Shown here: positions 37,845 through 49,879 of the stretch, piece after piece
Layout: the number at the start of each line of letters is the position of its first letter
Position numbering within the stretch: the stretch's first letter is position 1
NCBI RefSeq assembly: GCF_030144855.1
Contig: NC_082716.1
Span: 80,476,001-80,540,000, forward strand
DNA length: 64,000 nt
Source of the DNA: Hypanus sabinus
Lineage: Eukaryota
Direction of reading: 5' to 3'
Notes under the pieces: generated by a model
Database searches by the model: none
The model's input: only the letters and a program-made list of their open reading frames with translations
Told to the model about the DNA's origin: nothing
Program-made: the position numbers and the translations under genes

Positions 37845-39856
37845 GAAGATGAGACCGGGAAATTAATGGTAGGGGACATGGAGATGGCGGAAATGTTGAA
37901 CAAATATTTTGTATCAGTTTTTACAGTAGAGGACACTCAAAATATCCCAACACTGGATAAACAAGGGGCTCTAGGGGGATAGAAGCTAACTACGATTCAA
38001 ATCACCAAGGAAATGGTACTTGATAAATTAATGGGACTGAAGGTGGATAAATCCCCTGGACCGGATGGCTTGCATCCTAGGGTCTTAAGGGAAGTGGCGG
38101 TCGGGATTGTGGATGCATTAGTGATAACTTTTCAAAACTCGCTGGACTCGGCAATGGTCCCGGCAGATTGGAAAAATGCTAATGTAACTCCTTTATTTAA
38201 AAAGGGCAATAGACAGAAGGCTGGGAATTATAGGCCAGTTAGCCTAACATCTGTGGTTGGCAAAATGTTGAAATCGATAATTAAGGAAACAGTAACAGGG
38301 CATTTGGATAAACATAGCTTAATAGGACAAAGTCAGCATGGTTTTACAAAAGGGAAGTCATGTTTGACAAATTTGTTGGAGTTCTTTGAGGACATAACAT
38401 ATAGGGTAGATAAAGGGGAACCAGTGGATGTGGTGTATTTGGACTTCCAAAAGGCATTTGACAAGGTGCCACACCAAAGATTATTACTTAAAGTAAAAAA
38501 TCATGGGATTGGGAGTAATATTCTGGCATGGGTGGAGGATTGGCTTTCTAACAGAAAACAGAGAGTTGGGATAAATGGTTTATTCTCAGACTGGCAGTTG
38601 GTGACTAGTGGTGTTCCGCAGGGGTCGGTGTTGGGACCCCAACTCTTTACAATCTATATTAATGATTTGGAGAAAGGGACTAAGTGCAACGTATCGAAGT
38701 TTGCTGATGACACAAAGATGGGAGGGAGTGTAATGAGTGCGGAGGACATTGAAACCCTGCAGGGGGACATAGATAGGCTGAGTGATTGGGCAGACATTTG
38801 GCAAATGAAATATGATACTGACAAGTGTGAGGTCTTGTACTTTGGCAGGAAAAATTATAGAGCAAGTTATTATCTAAATGGAGAGAAACTGGAAGGTGCT
38901 TCTGTTCAAAGGGATCTGGGGGTCCTGGTGCAGGGAACACAAAAAGTTAGTATGCAAGTGCAGCAGGTGGTCAAGAAGGCCAATGGAATGCTGGCTTTTA
39001 TTGCTAAGGGGATGGAGTATAAGAACAGGGAGGTCTTACTGCAGTTGTACCGGGTATTGGTGAGACCACACCTGGAGTACTGCGTGCAGTTCTGGTGTCC
39101 ATATTTAAGAAAGGACATACTGGCTCTTGAGGCAGTGCAGAGAAGGTTCACTAGGTTAATTCCAGGGATGGGTGGGTTGATGTATGATGAGAGGTTGAGT
39201 AGATTGGGACTCTACTCATTGGAGTTCCAAAGAATGAGAGGCGATCTTATTGAAACATAAAAGATTGTGAAGGGGCTTGATCGGGTGGATGCGGGGAGAA
39301 TGTTCCCAATGATGGGTGAAACTAGGACTAGGGGGCATAATCTTAAAATAAGGGGATGCCGTTCCAGGACTGAGATGAGGAGAAATTTCTTCACTCAGAG
39401 GGTAGTGGGGCTGTGGAATTTACTGCCCCAGAGAGCTGTGGAAGCTACTACACTCAATAAATTCAAAACGGAGATAGACATTTTCCTGGATAAAAATGGC
39501 ATTAGGGGATATGGTGAGCGAGCAGGTAAGTGGACATGAGGCTAGGTTTAGATCAGCCATGTGATCTCCTGGGCCAGTTTTTGATAGCCTGGATGGGTCA
39601 GAGAGGAATTTTCCAGATTTTTTCTCCTCAATTGGCAAATCGTTTATTTTTCCCCCGGGTGATCACATGGGTATGGGTGGGATGAATAATAAAATAAAAT
39701 GGGCAGCATGGTGCCCTGTTGGTTGGCACTGTTGCCTTGTGGGATTCGGTGAAAACTAGAGTTAAGATTGGATCAGCCATGATCTTGTTGAATGGCGGAG
39801 CAGGCTTGAGGGGCCGATTGGCCTACTCCTGCTCCTATCTCTTATGTTCTTATGTT
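37845..39856 (+). mobile_element. Young 5'-truncated CR1-type LINE (RT and 3' UTR)
   Basis: ORF 38013-39260 continues in frame to 39539. Motifs KSPGPDGLHPRVL, YLDFQKAFDKVPH, GVPQGSVLGP, KFADD. Ends cttatgttcttatgtt. Confidence 0.95.
38013..39539 (+). pseudogene. CR1 ORF2 reverse transcriptase portion with a single in-frame TAA at 39258-39260
   Basis: GAA ACA TAA AAG ATT (expected ETYKI). The frame is otherwise open for about 500 codons; no endonuclease domain. Confidence 0.9.
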
Positions 39857-40007
39857 AATTCATTGCCATTTTACAGCTAGAATCTGTACAAAAAGTTACA
39901 TTCACATTAAATACTTGTATTGGAAGATTGCAAATGAGCATCTTTACAGAGTAGGACATTGCTGACAATGGTTTTCAAATCTGAATTCAGTGTAGAAAAG
40001 GCAGCAT

Positions 40008-40223
40008 TGTAGCGGTGTGCTACACGCAGCGCTAAAATTACGACACAGAGTCGGTAACTGCAGTCGAAGGAAAAAAACTTTATTCGAAAACTTCAGCCTC
40101 ACTTTTAAGCCTCCCTCAACCGGCCCCCCATGGCGCAGAGGCTCCAAAGTTCTGTGCTCGCAAACCCCCGTAGGCTATCTAATTGTGAGTCGGTTCGGAT
40201 GCACCAGGAAATGGGTCGCCACA
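40008..40223 (-). repeat. 3' LTR
   Basis: TG..CA ends; preceded on minus by the poly-G PPT (about 40229-40242). Confidence 0.95.
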
Positions 40224-43200
40224 TAACACCCCCCCCCCCCCCAGAACCGGCGATACACCCCCCAATGTCCACAGTCTGGGCCAGAACCTGCTTGGGAGGT
40301 CGGCCTCTGCGCCGAGGCGCCGGAAACTCGGCCGGTTGCGCCAGGTCCACATGGGCCGGTTTGAGGCGGTCCACCGTGAAAACCTCCTCTTTCCCCCCAA
40401 CATCCAGCACGAACGTGGACCCGTTGTTCCGGAGCACCATAAACGGCCCCTCGTATGGCCGCTGCAGCGGCGGCCGATGCCCACCCCTTCGTACAAACAG
40501 AAACTTACAGTTCTGTAGGTCTTTGGGTACGCAGGTCGGGTGCCGCCCGTGCTGTGAAGTGGGTATGGGGGCCAGGTTACCGAGCTTCTCGCGTAGTCTG
40601 CCCAGGACTGCTGCGGGTTCTTCCTCTTGCCCCCTTGGGGCTGGTAGGAACTCCCCGGGGACGACCAGGGGCGCGCCGTATACCAACTCGGCCGACGAGG
40701 CGTGCAGGTCGTCTTTGGGTGCCGTGCGGATGCCGAGTAGGACCCAGGGAAGCTCGTCCGCCCAGGTGGCTCCTCGCAGGCGGGCCATGAGGGTCGTCTT
40801 CAGGTGACGGTGGAAACGCTCCACTAGCCCGTTCGACTGTGGGTGGTAGGCAGTTGTGTGGTGCAGCTGAGTCCCCAAAAGGCTGGCCATAGCTGACCAC
40901 AGGTTGGAGGTGAACTGGGCGCCTCTGTCGGAGGTAATGTGGGCTGGTACACCAAAGCGAGATATCCAGGTGGCGATCAGGGCTCGGGCGCAAAATTCGG
41001 AGGTGGTGTCGGTGAGCGGGACCGCCTCTGGCCATCTTGTGAACCGGTCCACGATAGTCAGGAGGTGCCGCGCTCCGTGCGACACTGGCAGGGGGACCAC
41101 GATATCCACATGAATGTGGTCGAAACGCCGGTGGGCGGGATGGAACTGCTGCGGTGGGGCTTTGGTGTGCCCCTGCACCTTGGCCGTCTGGCATTGCATG
41201 CACGTTTTGGCCCATTCACTGACCTGTTTGCGGAGTCCGTGCCAAACGAACCTGCTGGAAACCATCCGGACAGTTGTCCGGATGGAGGGATGCGCCAAGT
41301 TATGAATGGAGTCGAAAACGCGGCGCCGCCATGCTGTCGGGACGACTGGACGGGGCTGGCCGGTGGCGACGTCACAGAGTAGGGTCCTCTCACCTGGGCC
41401 CACGGGGAGGTCCTGGAGCTGCAGACCGGAGACTGCGGTTCTGTAACTCCGAATCTCCTCATCCGCCTGCTGCGCCTCTGCCAGTGCCTCAAAGTCTACC
41501 CCTTGGGAAAGGGCATGAACTGTAGGGCGAGAGAGCGCATCCGCCACGACATTGTCCTTACCCGAGACGTGCCGGACATCCGTCGTGTATTCAGAGATGT
41601 AGGACAGGTGGCGTTGCTGGCAGGACGACCAGGGGTCGGACGCTTTCGTAAACGCAAAGGTAAGCGGTTTGTGGTCCGTGAACGCGGTGAAGGGCCGACC
41701 TTCTAGGAAGTACCTGAAATGCCGGATTGCCAGGTAGAGCGCCAACAGTTCCCGGTCGAAAGCACTGTACTTAAGCTCGGGTGGTCGCAGGTGTTTGCTG
41801 AAAAACGCCAGGGGTTGCCAGCGACCTGCGATGAGTTGCTCCAGCACCCCACCGACTGCCGTGTTTGATGCGTCCACTGTGAGGGCGGTAGGGGTGTCCA
41901 TTCTGGGATGAACTAGCATTGCGGCGTCCGCCAAAGCTTCCTTCGTTTGAACGAAAGCGGCGGCAGACTCTTCGTCCCAGGTAATGTCCTTGCTCGGACC
42001 CGACATCAGGGCGAACAGGGGGCGCATGATCCGGGCAGCTGAAGGGAGGAAGCGGCGGTAGAAATTGACCATCCCTACGAATTCCTGAAGGCCTTTGATC
42101 GTGGTGGGTCGGGGAAAGAGGCGGACCGCATCTACCTTAGCGGGCAGAGGGGTTGCCCCGTCTTTAGTAATCCTGTGGCCCAGCAAGTCAATGGTATCGA
42201 GTCCAAACTGGCATTTGGCGGGGTTGATTGTAAGACCGTACTCACTCAGTCGGGCGCAGAGTTGACGGAGGTGGGACAGATGCTCCTGACGACTGCTGCT
42301 GGCTATGAGGATGTCATCCAAATAGATGAACGCGAAGTCCAGGTCCCGTCCCACCGCGTCCATTAACCGCTGGAACGTCTGTGCGGCATTCTTCAGGCCG
42401 AACGGCATGCGGAGGAACTCGAAAAGGCCGAAAGGGGTGATGAGAGCCGTTTTGGGGACGTCGTCAGGATGCATCGGGATTTGATGGTACCCTCGGACGA
42501 GATCTACCTTGCAGAAGATCCGTGCGCCGTGCAGGTTTGCTGCAAAGTCCTGAATGTGCGGCACAGGGTAGCGGTCCGGTGTGGTAGCCTCGTTCAGCCT
42601 GCGGTAGTCGCCGCACGGTCTCCAGCCCCCCGTCGCTTTGGGCACCATGTGCAGGGGGGAGGCCCATGGGCTGTCGGACCGCCGGATGATCCCCAATTCC
42701 TCCATCCTCTGGAACTCCTCCTTCGCCAGTCGGAGCTTGTCCGGGGGAAGTCGCCGAGCGCGGGCGTGGAGGGGTGGTCCCTGGGTCGGGATGTGGTGCT
42801 GTACGCCGTGCCTGGGCATGGCCGCTGTGAACTGTGGTGCCAGAACCGATGGGAACTCCGCCAGGACCCTGGTGAAGTCGTTGTCGGACAGCGTGATGGA
42901 GCCGAGGTGAGGGGCTGGCAACTGGGCTGCACCCAGGGAGAACGTCTGAAAGGTCTCGGCGTGTACCAGTCTCTTCCTGGGCAGGTCGACCAGTAGGCTG
43001 TGAGCCTGCAAAAAATCCGCACCCAGAAGCGGTTGGGCTACGGCGGCCAGTGTGAAGTCCCACGTGAACTGGCTGAAGCCGAACTGTAGCTGCACCTGAC
43101 GGGTGCCATAGGTCCTTACTGAGCTGCCATTCACGGCCCTCAGGGGGGGACCCGGTGCCCTGCTGCGGGTGTCGTAACTTGTCGGAGGTAAAACGCTGAT

Positions 43201-43251
43201 CTCAGCCCCAGTATCGACCAAAAACCGGCGTCCCGACCTTCTATCCCACAC
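40105..43251 (-). CDS. Gypsy pol reading frame (protease, RT, RNase H, integrase), 1048 codons, no ATG start
   Basis: [10 protein letters not shown] (PR), [20 protein letters not shown] (RT), DAS..AFFS/FTDHKPL (RH), [23 protein letters not shown] (IN), GPF motif. Runs through the PPT into the LTR. Confidence 0.93.
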   Translation of the reverse strand: MWDRRSGRRFLVDTGAEISVLPPTSYDTRSRAPGPPLRAVNGSSVRTYGTRQVQLQFGFSQFTWDFTLAAVAQPLLGADFLQAHSLLVDLPRKRLVHAETFQTFSLGAAQLPAPHLGSITLSDNDFTRVLAEFPSVLAPQFTAAMPRHGVQHHIPTQGPPLHARARRLPPDKLRLAKEEFQRMEELGIIRRSDSPWASPLHMVPKATGGWRPCGDYRRLNEATTPDRYPVPHIQDFAANLHGARIFCKVDLVRGYHQIPMHPDDVPKTALITPFGLFEFLRMPFGLKNAAQTFQRLMDAVGRDLDFAFIYLDDILIASSSRQEHLSHLRQLCARLSEYGLTINPAKCQFGLDTIDLLGHRITKDGATPLPAKVDAVRLFPRPTTIKGLQEFVGMVNFYRRFLPSAARIMRPLFALMSGPSKDITWDEESAAAFVQTKEALADAAMLVHPRMDTPTALTVDASNTAVGGVLEQLIAGRWQPLAFFSKHLRPPELKYSAFDRELLALYLAIRHFRYFLEGRPFTAFTDHKPLTFAFTKASDPWSSCQQRHLSYISEYTTDVRHVSGKDNVVADALSRPTVHALSQGVDFEALAEAQQADEEIRSYRTAVSGLQLQDLPVGPGERTLLCDVATGQPRPVVPTAWRRRVFDSIHNLAHPSIRTTVRMVSSRFVWHGLRKQVSEWAKTCMQCQTAKVQGHTKAPPQQFHPAHRRFDHIHVDIVVPLPVSHGARHLLTIVDRFTRWPEAVPLTDTTSEFCARALIATWISRFGVPAHITSDRGAQFTSNLWSAMASLLGTQLHHTTAYHPQSNGLVERFHRHLKTTLMARLRGATWADELPWVLLGIRTAPKDDLHASSAELVYGAPLVVPGEFLPAPRGQEEEPAAVLGRLREKLGNLAPIPTSQHGRHPTCVPKDLQNCKFLFVRRGGHRPPLQRPYEGPFMVLRNNGSTFVLDVGGKEEVFTVDRLKPAHVDLAQPAEFPAPRRRGRPPKQVLAQTVDIGGCIAGSGGGGGVMWRPISWCIRTDSQLDSLRGFASTELWSLCAMGGRLREA

Positions 43252-43261
43252 TTACCAGCCA

Positions 43262-43948
43262 TCAGCGGCGGCTGGCCCTGGCGTTTCCCGGGAACTTGCA
43301 GGGCGGGCGACAACGGCGGGCTTCTGCGCCCCACCGCTGGTGGTAGAAGCACCAGTGTTCATTGGGCCGGGGGTTGGCGGGCTCTGCGGCCGGGCCTGGA
43401 CTGGTTTGCTGCCGGGAGCGTGGCTGGGAGATCTGTGCGATGGACACCCCGCTCACCTTTTTGGCGTTCCACAGCAAGTCCGCCCGGGCTGCCACCTTCT
43501 GGGGGTCACTGAAATCCGCGTCGGACAGCAGCAGGCGTATGTCCTCGGGCAGCTGCTCCAGGAATGCCTGCTCAAACATGAGGCATGTGTGTCTGTCGGC
43601 CAGAGACAACATCTCATTCATTAAAGCCGATGGAGGTCTGTCGCCCAAGCCATCCAGGTGCAGTAAGCTGGCAGCCCGCTCGCGCCGTGAGAGTCCGAAA
43701 GTCCTGAGGAGCAGGGCTTTGAATTCCGTGTACTTGCCGTCTGCCGGGGGCGACTGTACAAACTCCGCGACCTGGGCCGCTGTGTCCTGGTCGAGGGAGC
43801 TCACCACGTAGTAGTAGCGGGTGTCTTCTGAGGTGATCTGGCGAACGTGGAATTGGGCTTCGGCTTGCTGGAACCATAGGTCCGGGCGCTGTGTCCAGAA
43901 ACCCGGCAGTTTCAACGAAACCGCATGAACAGAGGCGGCGTCGGTCAT
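43262..43948 (-). CDS. Gypsy gag (228 aa from the ATG at 43948)
   Basis: MTDAASVHAVSLKLPGFWTQRPDLWFQQAEAQF..., C-terminal WCFYHQRWGAEARRCRPPC motif. Confidence 0.9.
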   Translation of the reverse strand: MTDAASVHAVSLKLPGFWTQRPDLWFQQAEAQFHVRQITSEDTRYYYVVSSLDQDTAAQVAEFVQSPPADGKYTEFKALLLRTFGLSRRERAASLLHLDGLGDRPPSALMNEMLSLADRHTCLMFEQAFLEQLPEDIRLLLSDADFSDPQKVAARADLLWNAKKVSGVSIAQISQPRSRQQTSPGPAAEPANPRPNEHWCFYHQRWGAEARRCRPPCKFPGNARASRR

Positions 43949-43972
43949 TTCTGGTCCAAAAATCGTTTGGAC

Positions 43973-43986
43973 CGTCGGGGTCACCA
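43973..43986 (-). promoter_or_regulatory. Primer-binding site complementary to the tRNA-Trp 3' end
   Basis: Minus strand TGGTGACCCCGACG, the complement of the recalled vertebrate tRNA-Trp(CCA) end ..CACGTCGGGGTCACCA (14 nt match). Confidence 0.8.
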
Positions 43987-43988
43987 AT

Positions 43989-44203
43989 TGTAGCGGTGTG
44001 CTACATGCAGCGCTAAAATTACGACACGGAGTCAGTAACTGCAGTCGAAGGAAAAAACTTTATTCGAAAACTTCAGCCTCACTTTTAAGCCTCCCTCAAC
44101 CGGCCCCCCATGGCGCAGAGGCTCCAAAGCTCTGTGCTCGCAAATCCCCGCAGGCTATCTAATTGTGAGTCGGTTCGGATGCGCCAGGAAATGGGTCGCC
44201 ACA
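43989..44203 (-). repeat. 5' LTR
   Basis: Direct repeat of 40008-40223, adjacent to the PBS. Confidence 0.95.
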
Positions 44204-44689
44204 GCATTTCATTTTCCAAACTGATGTTGAGTGCTGACAACTTCATTCAATGCAATCAAAATGTTTTTGTCATACTGACATGAGCTGCCACAAGCGATCA
44301 CCACTTCAAAAGACATTGATTTTAGGCATTTTAAGTGGAGAAAGTAGCAGTAGTTCTGGGGAGAGCTCACTCTGGAATTATTTTTGATTACTGAGGCAGT
44401 GGTATGGGCAGTTGCCTCCTCCCCCACGCTACATAGTCACTGAGGACTGTCCCTCATCACAAACACCATAATATGGAAATATGCAAAAAAAAAACCACAT
44501 GAGGCATTTACAAATTTGAGTTTTGGACCAAGGAAATAAACATTAGTTTCCTTAGTATATTAATAATAGATTATAGAACTAAAGCCATGCTACAAAAAAG
44601 AATTCTCCATCTGACAGTGCACATTGCCATATGGGCCAAACAGACTCTTCCTGTGCTTTAAATTTTAATGATACCCATGATAATTATAG

Positions 44690-45320
44690 AACATAGAACA
44701 GCACAGCATACAATAGGTCATTTGACCCACTAGGGTGCACAGGTGTCAATGCCAATTTATACCAAGAGTGATTAATCTATTTACCCCTCCCCCCATTCCT
44801 TCACATTCACCTGTTTATATAAAAAAGCCTCTTAAACTCCACCAAATTGCTCATTTCTACCCACTCCAGGGGTCTGTCACTCCATAACAAATATTACCCC
44901 CCCAATCTTAAAAACGTGCCTTGTCATTTGACATTTCTCCCTTAAAAATTCTGACCGTCTACCTTATGTATGCTTTCCATAGTTTTGAAAACCTCTATCG
45001 TGTTCGCCCTTCAGCTTCTGATACACTGAAGAGCAACCCACGTTTGCCCCACTTTCCCTTGCAGCATCCTCTCTGAATCCTTTCCACACTCTCCATATCA
45101 TTCCGATAACGGGGTTACGAGAACTGCATGCAATACACCCAATGCAGTCCAACTAAAATTTCAATAAACTATGAGCGTTGACACCAAGATCCCTCTGCAC
45201 CCGAGTACTATTAAAGGACCTTACCATTTACTATACAACCTCTTCATTCATTTGACCTACCAAAGTGCAATACCTCACACTTGTCAGATTAAATTCCATC
45301 TGCAACTTCCCTGCCCATAA
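44690..45320 (-). mobile_element. Old CR1-type LINE 3' fragment
   Basis: agaacatagaacagcacagca tail complement, and caaagtgcaatacctcacacttg (RT region complement). Confidence 0.55.
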
Positions 45321-48300
45321 ATCATAAATGACTTATATACCACTCCATTTTTTGATAATCCTTTACACTACCTACAACTTCACTCTTTCTCTCACCTGCA
45401 CACTTCCTGATCCATCCTTCTATATTTTTATCCAGGTCATTTATATATGTCTCCGAGGTCCCAGCATCAATCGTGATGGAGAACTAATGGTCACAGTCTT
45501 CCAGCCAGAACAACAGACTTCCACTTCTCCCATGACCAGAGGCAAGTTAATTCCAAACCCAAACTTGCAATTCACCCTCAATCCCAAACTATCATGAGCA
45601 AACTTGACAAATTTCTGAAAATTAAACTCAATACTAACAAAATGTAGGCAGTTCCAGTAAGCATCTGCTATCTTTTGTAATTATATCTCCATATTAAAAT
45701 TCCTGTAAATGGAGACATTTTTGAAGCCAATTACTTTTTGGTAATCCTCAACTTCGAATAAGCCAACAGATTATCAATTTATGAATTCTTAAACTCAAAG
45801 CCAGAAGGGGTGGTTGGGAAACAGAGGAATTGAACTTTGAAGTGACATCTTTATCTCACAGTTCTTCAATCTTTACAAACCTGTTTAGTATGACAGAAGT
45901 TTACTGTACAGGAAGTCACCATTTGACCTACAACTTAAAAACCACTAAGATGATATAGGTTTAAAACACTGCAGCAAATGGTTCACCAATCTTGTGCTAT
46001 CATGTGCATTGAGACCATCTAGCACTCTTTAATACATTAGAATGATCTGCCAAAAGCATTGCAAATGCAGGTTCTGTACACACAATAGCACTGAATCCAA
46101 ACAACACCATTGCCATGGAACCCATTTAGCTTCCAAGCAAAGATGCCACACCTTAGCAATGAATCCACAACTCTGAAGTACGTACCTGCAGTTGTGAAGA
46201 ACTTGTGTACTGTGCTTTTATAATGAAGACCAAATTGGAATAAAATTAATTTCTCAAATGAAATCAAGAAAACCAAGAAATAAGAAACAAAAATCACAGA
46301 AGCTTAGCCAAGTTTCCCGCTAACAGGTAAGTAGATGCACTATACCGTGCACCAAGAGCATTTATTTTCACTTGCAAGGTATTTCAGTATCCAGTTTTTA
46401 GTATGAAATGCTAAGCAATGAATTTCTCAATGCTCTATTACCATTCTGTGCCCCCCCCCCGTATTTCTGATTCAACCATGAAGTAATTGATGATGAATAC
46501 AAGCTGTGTGAGAAATTGTACAGAATGATTTCATTGCTTTGCAACCATTTTGTCTCCGATTTTGCTCTTCAAATTTTATGCTGTTGCACTAGAAATTTCA
46601 GCTGAGTTTTTCTATTTCTACTGTACAGTAAATTTAGGTTAGAGACTGCATTCAAAGTGACCCCAAGGTTGCCAGTTTTGATAAGATAGGCTCTGGGGAT
46701 GTGATCATGTAATTTCATGCCCCCAGTGTAAACACTTAAACTCTGCACTCCAGTGCTGTTTGATTTCTTTACAACTGATAAGAAATAAAGGAATCTATTT
46801 TGCAAGTGCAGTGTCGGAGTGATGCAAACACAGAAACAGGACCTTCAGCCCATCACACCATTTGTTTATGAATGCTAATGCCATTTACCTTCATTAAGAC
46901 CATATCCACATATGCCTTGCCTGTTTAAATGCATTTCCGAGTGCCTCTTCTATAGATATTATACCTGGCTTCCTTGTGCAGTATTATCCAGATTTCAACC
47001 ACTACAAACATACCACTCAGATCCCCTTAAATTCCTGCCCCCCAAAAAAAATAAACCATTCCTTCATTTTGATTCCCCTATACCATGAGGAAAAGATTCA
47101 GATCTGCATTCAGCCTTACATACATGATGGGACAGCTCTTAGCACCCATCACTCCAGGGAAACAGAGCCAGCCTCTTCAATGCAACAGAGAACAAACTAC
47201 TTAAACCACTGAATTTCTCCAGCAACATTTTTAGCTCCAGATTCCAGCATCTGCAGTCTCTTAGGTCCGTGCTTATCCAGTCTCTTGTATTCAGCCCGCT
47301 CCAGGTTTGGGATTGTCCTGGCATCCGTAGAAATTAGGGGTGACAATTGTTTATAACCCAGTAAAGTCATTTTGGTAGCAGTTTAGATTGAAAGTTAAAA
47401 TTAGAGTCCCTTTGTACATGATTACATTTAGTATTACACCCTTCAAATGACAGCAGGGCTTATCCCTCTGGCCCGAAGTTTATTCAAAAGTAACCAAAGC
47501 ATGCATGATTGCAAGTTTGACAACTGATTTGCACAAGATTAATTCCTAAGCTCTTGTGCTGAGGCATGTTGCAACTCAACTACCATATACAGTAGATGCA
47601 GAGTTATGCCATTTGGTCCATAATGTCTGCTCCACAATTCAATCAAGGCTGATTTTCCTTCAACCCCAATTCTCCCACCTCCACTCAGTAATCTTCAACC
47701 CCTTAATGATTGAGAACCCATAAATCTTGCTTTAAATACATCCAACCACCAGATAGCCCTCTGGCTGCCACCTTCTGACTAAAGAAATAAACCATTTCAG
47801 TTTTAAAGGGATGATCATTTTCTTTCTCTGAGGATGTGCTCTCAGATCCTAGATACTCCAATTAATGGGAAATATTTTTCTATATCCAGTATCCAAGCCT
47901 TTCAGTATTCAGTAGGTTTCAAGAGATCCCCACCCCCAAAAAACAACTAATTTTCATGCCATCAAATGAAGTGCCAGCTTAAGATATTAAAATGGCTTAC
48001 TAGCTTGTTGATAATTATTGTGCTGGCTCACAAATAGATAATCAGCAACTCAGGCTATGTATTAAGCAACAACACACATTTGTGTAAGTTTAAAATAAGA
48101 GACCATCCAAGATTTTAAAGGAGTGGATAGAGTTGAGTGAAGTTGCAACATGATCAAATTGAAATCATAGTCAAGGTAACACTATCGGAAAAGGATAAAT
48201 TTGATTCACTTGCATCATTTTTATCCATTTCTACTACTGCATATTAAGTATGCATATGAGTTTGGCATAGTTCCTTCTTTTAGCTTCCCAAGGAACAGAG

Positions 48301-49879
48301 ACACATCATTCAGTCCAACTTCAATGTTAATACCTCTATTCAACAAGTCCCAGCTGCATTCTCTTGTGGTAAGAATGTGTCAAATTATGATAGAGATGTT
48401 GGAATGTGGAATGTTAAGAAAATTTCTCTGTGATCCTTTACTGAATGCATCTGCAACCACCTGTTTACAATCCTGTTCATTCCCAAATTAAAAAACCTTG
48501 CAGGTTCTCAAGTTCTGTTTCCTAACAAGTGTAAATATCAAGTTCTGGTAGTAACCCAGATATCACTAGAGAAACTACAGAGATTTTAAGTGTCCTTTTC
48601 AGATTGGAGATGAAAGGAACACAGCATGGACAGGCATCACTTTTAAGGCTTAATTCTAATTACATGTGCACTCCTCTCTAGTTTTAGCTTCTCCATAACC
48701 AATCCCCTGGACTGTCAGGACAGTTACAGGTGTTGTTGTGCAATTATTCATGATCCAAACAACACTTTCAAAGCTTAAGACCATTCTCTAGATCCCATGA
48801 CAAATGGCCTTTCCATTGCCCTCAATTATTTACATACTTCCTTCACAGGTTAAAGCTGACCTTTGACTCAACGTTCATGCGGAACAATGCCACCTCTGAA
48901 CTAATCAACAACTGTTGTCTCCAGCACATTCGAAGCAACAGAAAACATATGCTGGTCTTGATGGTGATAAGCATTTCCAATGTGCAAGTTAGATGCCAAG
49001 CATTACAAACCTGCCCAGTCTGTTCAGTCGTCTGAGTTTGCTCCTGTCCATCAGCTTCATTCGCCACATCGAGGCTGAGATCGTAAAACTGTTGTAATAC
49101 CTTCTATCTTCCTGGAGTTTGACATTCCAGTTCATACCACCTATTCCTCACAAGGTGGGGAAAACATTCAACTATTATGATCACTGCAACCTACTCCATA
49201 ATCCCTTTTTACAAGCAATGAGATTTTGAGAAGATCTTGAAGAGATTTCTCAAAATGCATTCACTCTTTTGACATTTTCTGTTACTCCAGGGTGTTTTGT
49301 AACAGGAAACAAAGTTCTTCCTTTCAAATAGTGTAAATAACAGTTGTAATTAAATCATATGGCTAATGAATAAAGAAAAAGTTAAAACCGATCAAACTTA
49401 TCAGCATGGTAATAACGATAATGCTTAAATTGATACTGCTTTTTCCCTTGCACTCCCTTGTTGCGTTGATGTGATGAAATGATATGAATGAATGGCATGC
49501 GTCAGTCATTAATTGTACCTCTGCACATGTGATAATCAAAACAAGTTACTATTACATCAACTGGGAAAGCAGTAGACAAGTGTTGCTCAATATCAACAAT
49601 ACTTGCCCTTCAAGCAGATTGTCCCTTTCAATTTCTGAATTCTGCTTTAGAAAATAGTTCCAAAAATAACTATCTAAGTGTGGAAGCTATTAGTAGCACT
49701 ACAATTGACATTCCATTGGTACAATTAAGCCCATGAAGACATTATGCTTTACAGTCTAATAAACTATTAAATGTACCTGGAAGCAAAACACTCTCAGAAC
49801 TTCCATTATATGAATGAAAGTCAGCCACAGTCTTGGTGTATATGAGCATTTTGACCAAGACCTCTGGAAATTAACGTCA

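Larger units (their letters stand above)
40008..44203 (-). mobile_element. Young, nearly intact Gypsy/Ty3 LTR retrotransposon (4.2 kb) with 4-bp TSD GCAT
   Basis: LTRs 40008-40223 and 43989-44203 differ by 7 substitutions and 1 indel (counted by eye). GCAT at 40004-40007 and 44204-44207. PBS, G-run PPT, gag and pol ORFs present. Confidence 0.97.

Noticed and set aside
40130-43811. Many 100-225 aa ORFs overlapping or antisense to the young Gypsy gag/pol
   Set aside because: Shadow ORFs expected in GC-rich coding DNA; R/G/P-rich with no motifs.
40008-44203. LTR differences as an APOBEC editing signature linked to nearby APOBEC4
   Set aside because: Only 7 substitutions, mostly CpG transitions in both directions. 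Methylation decay explains them, and genomic proximity gives no mechanism.
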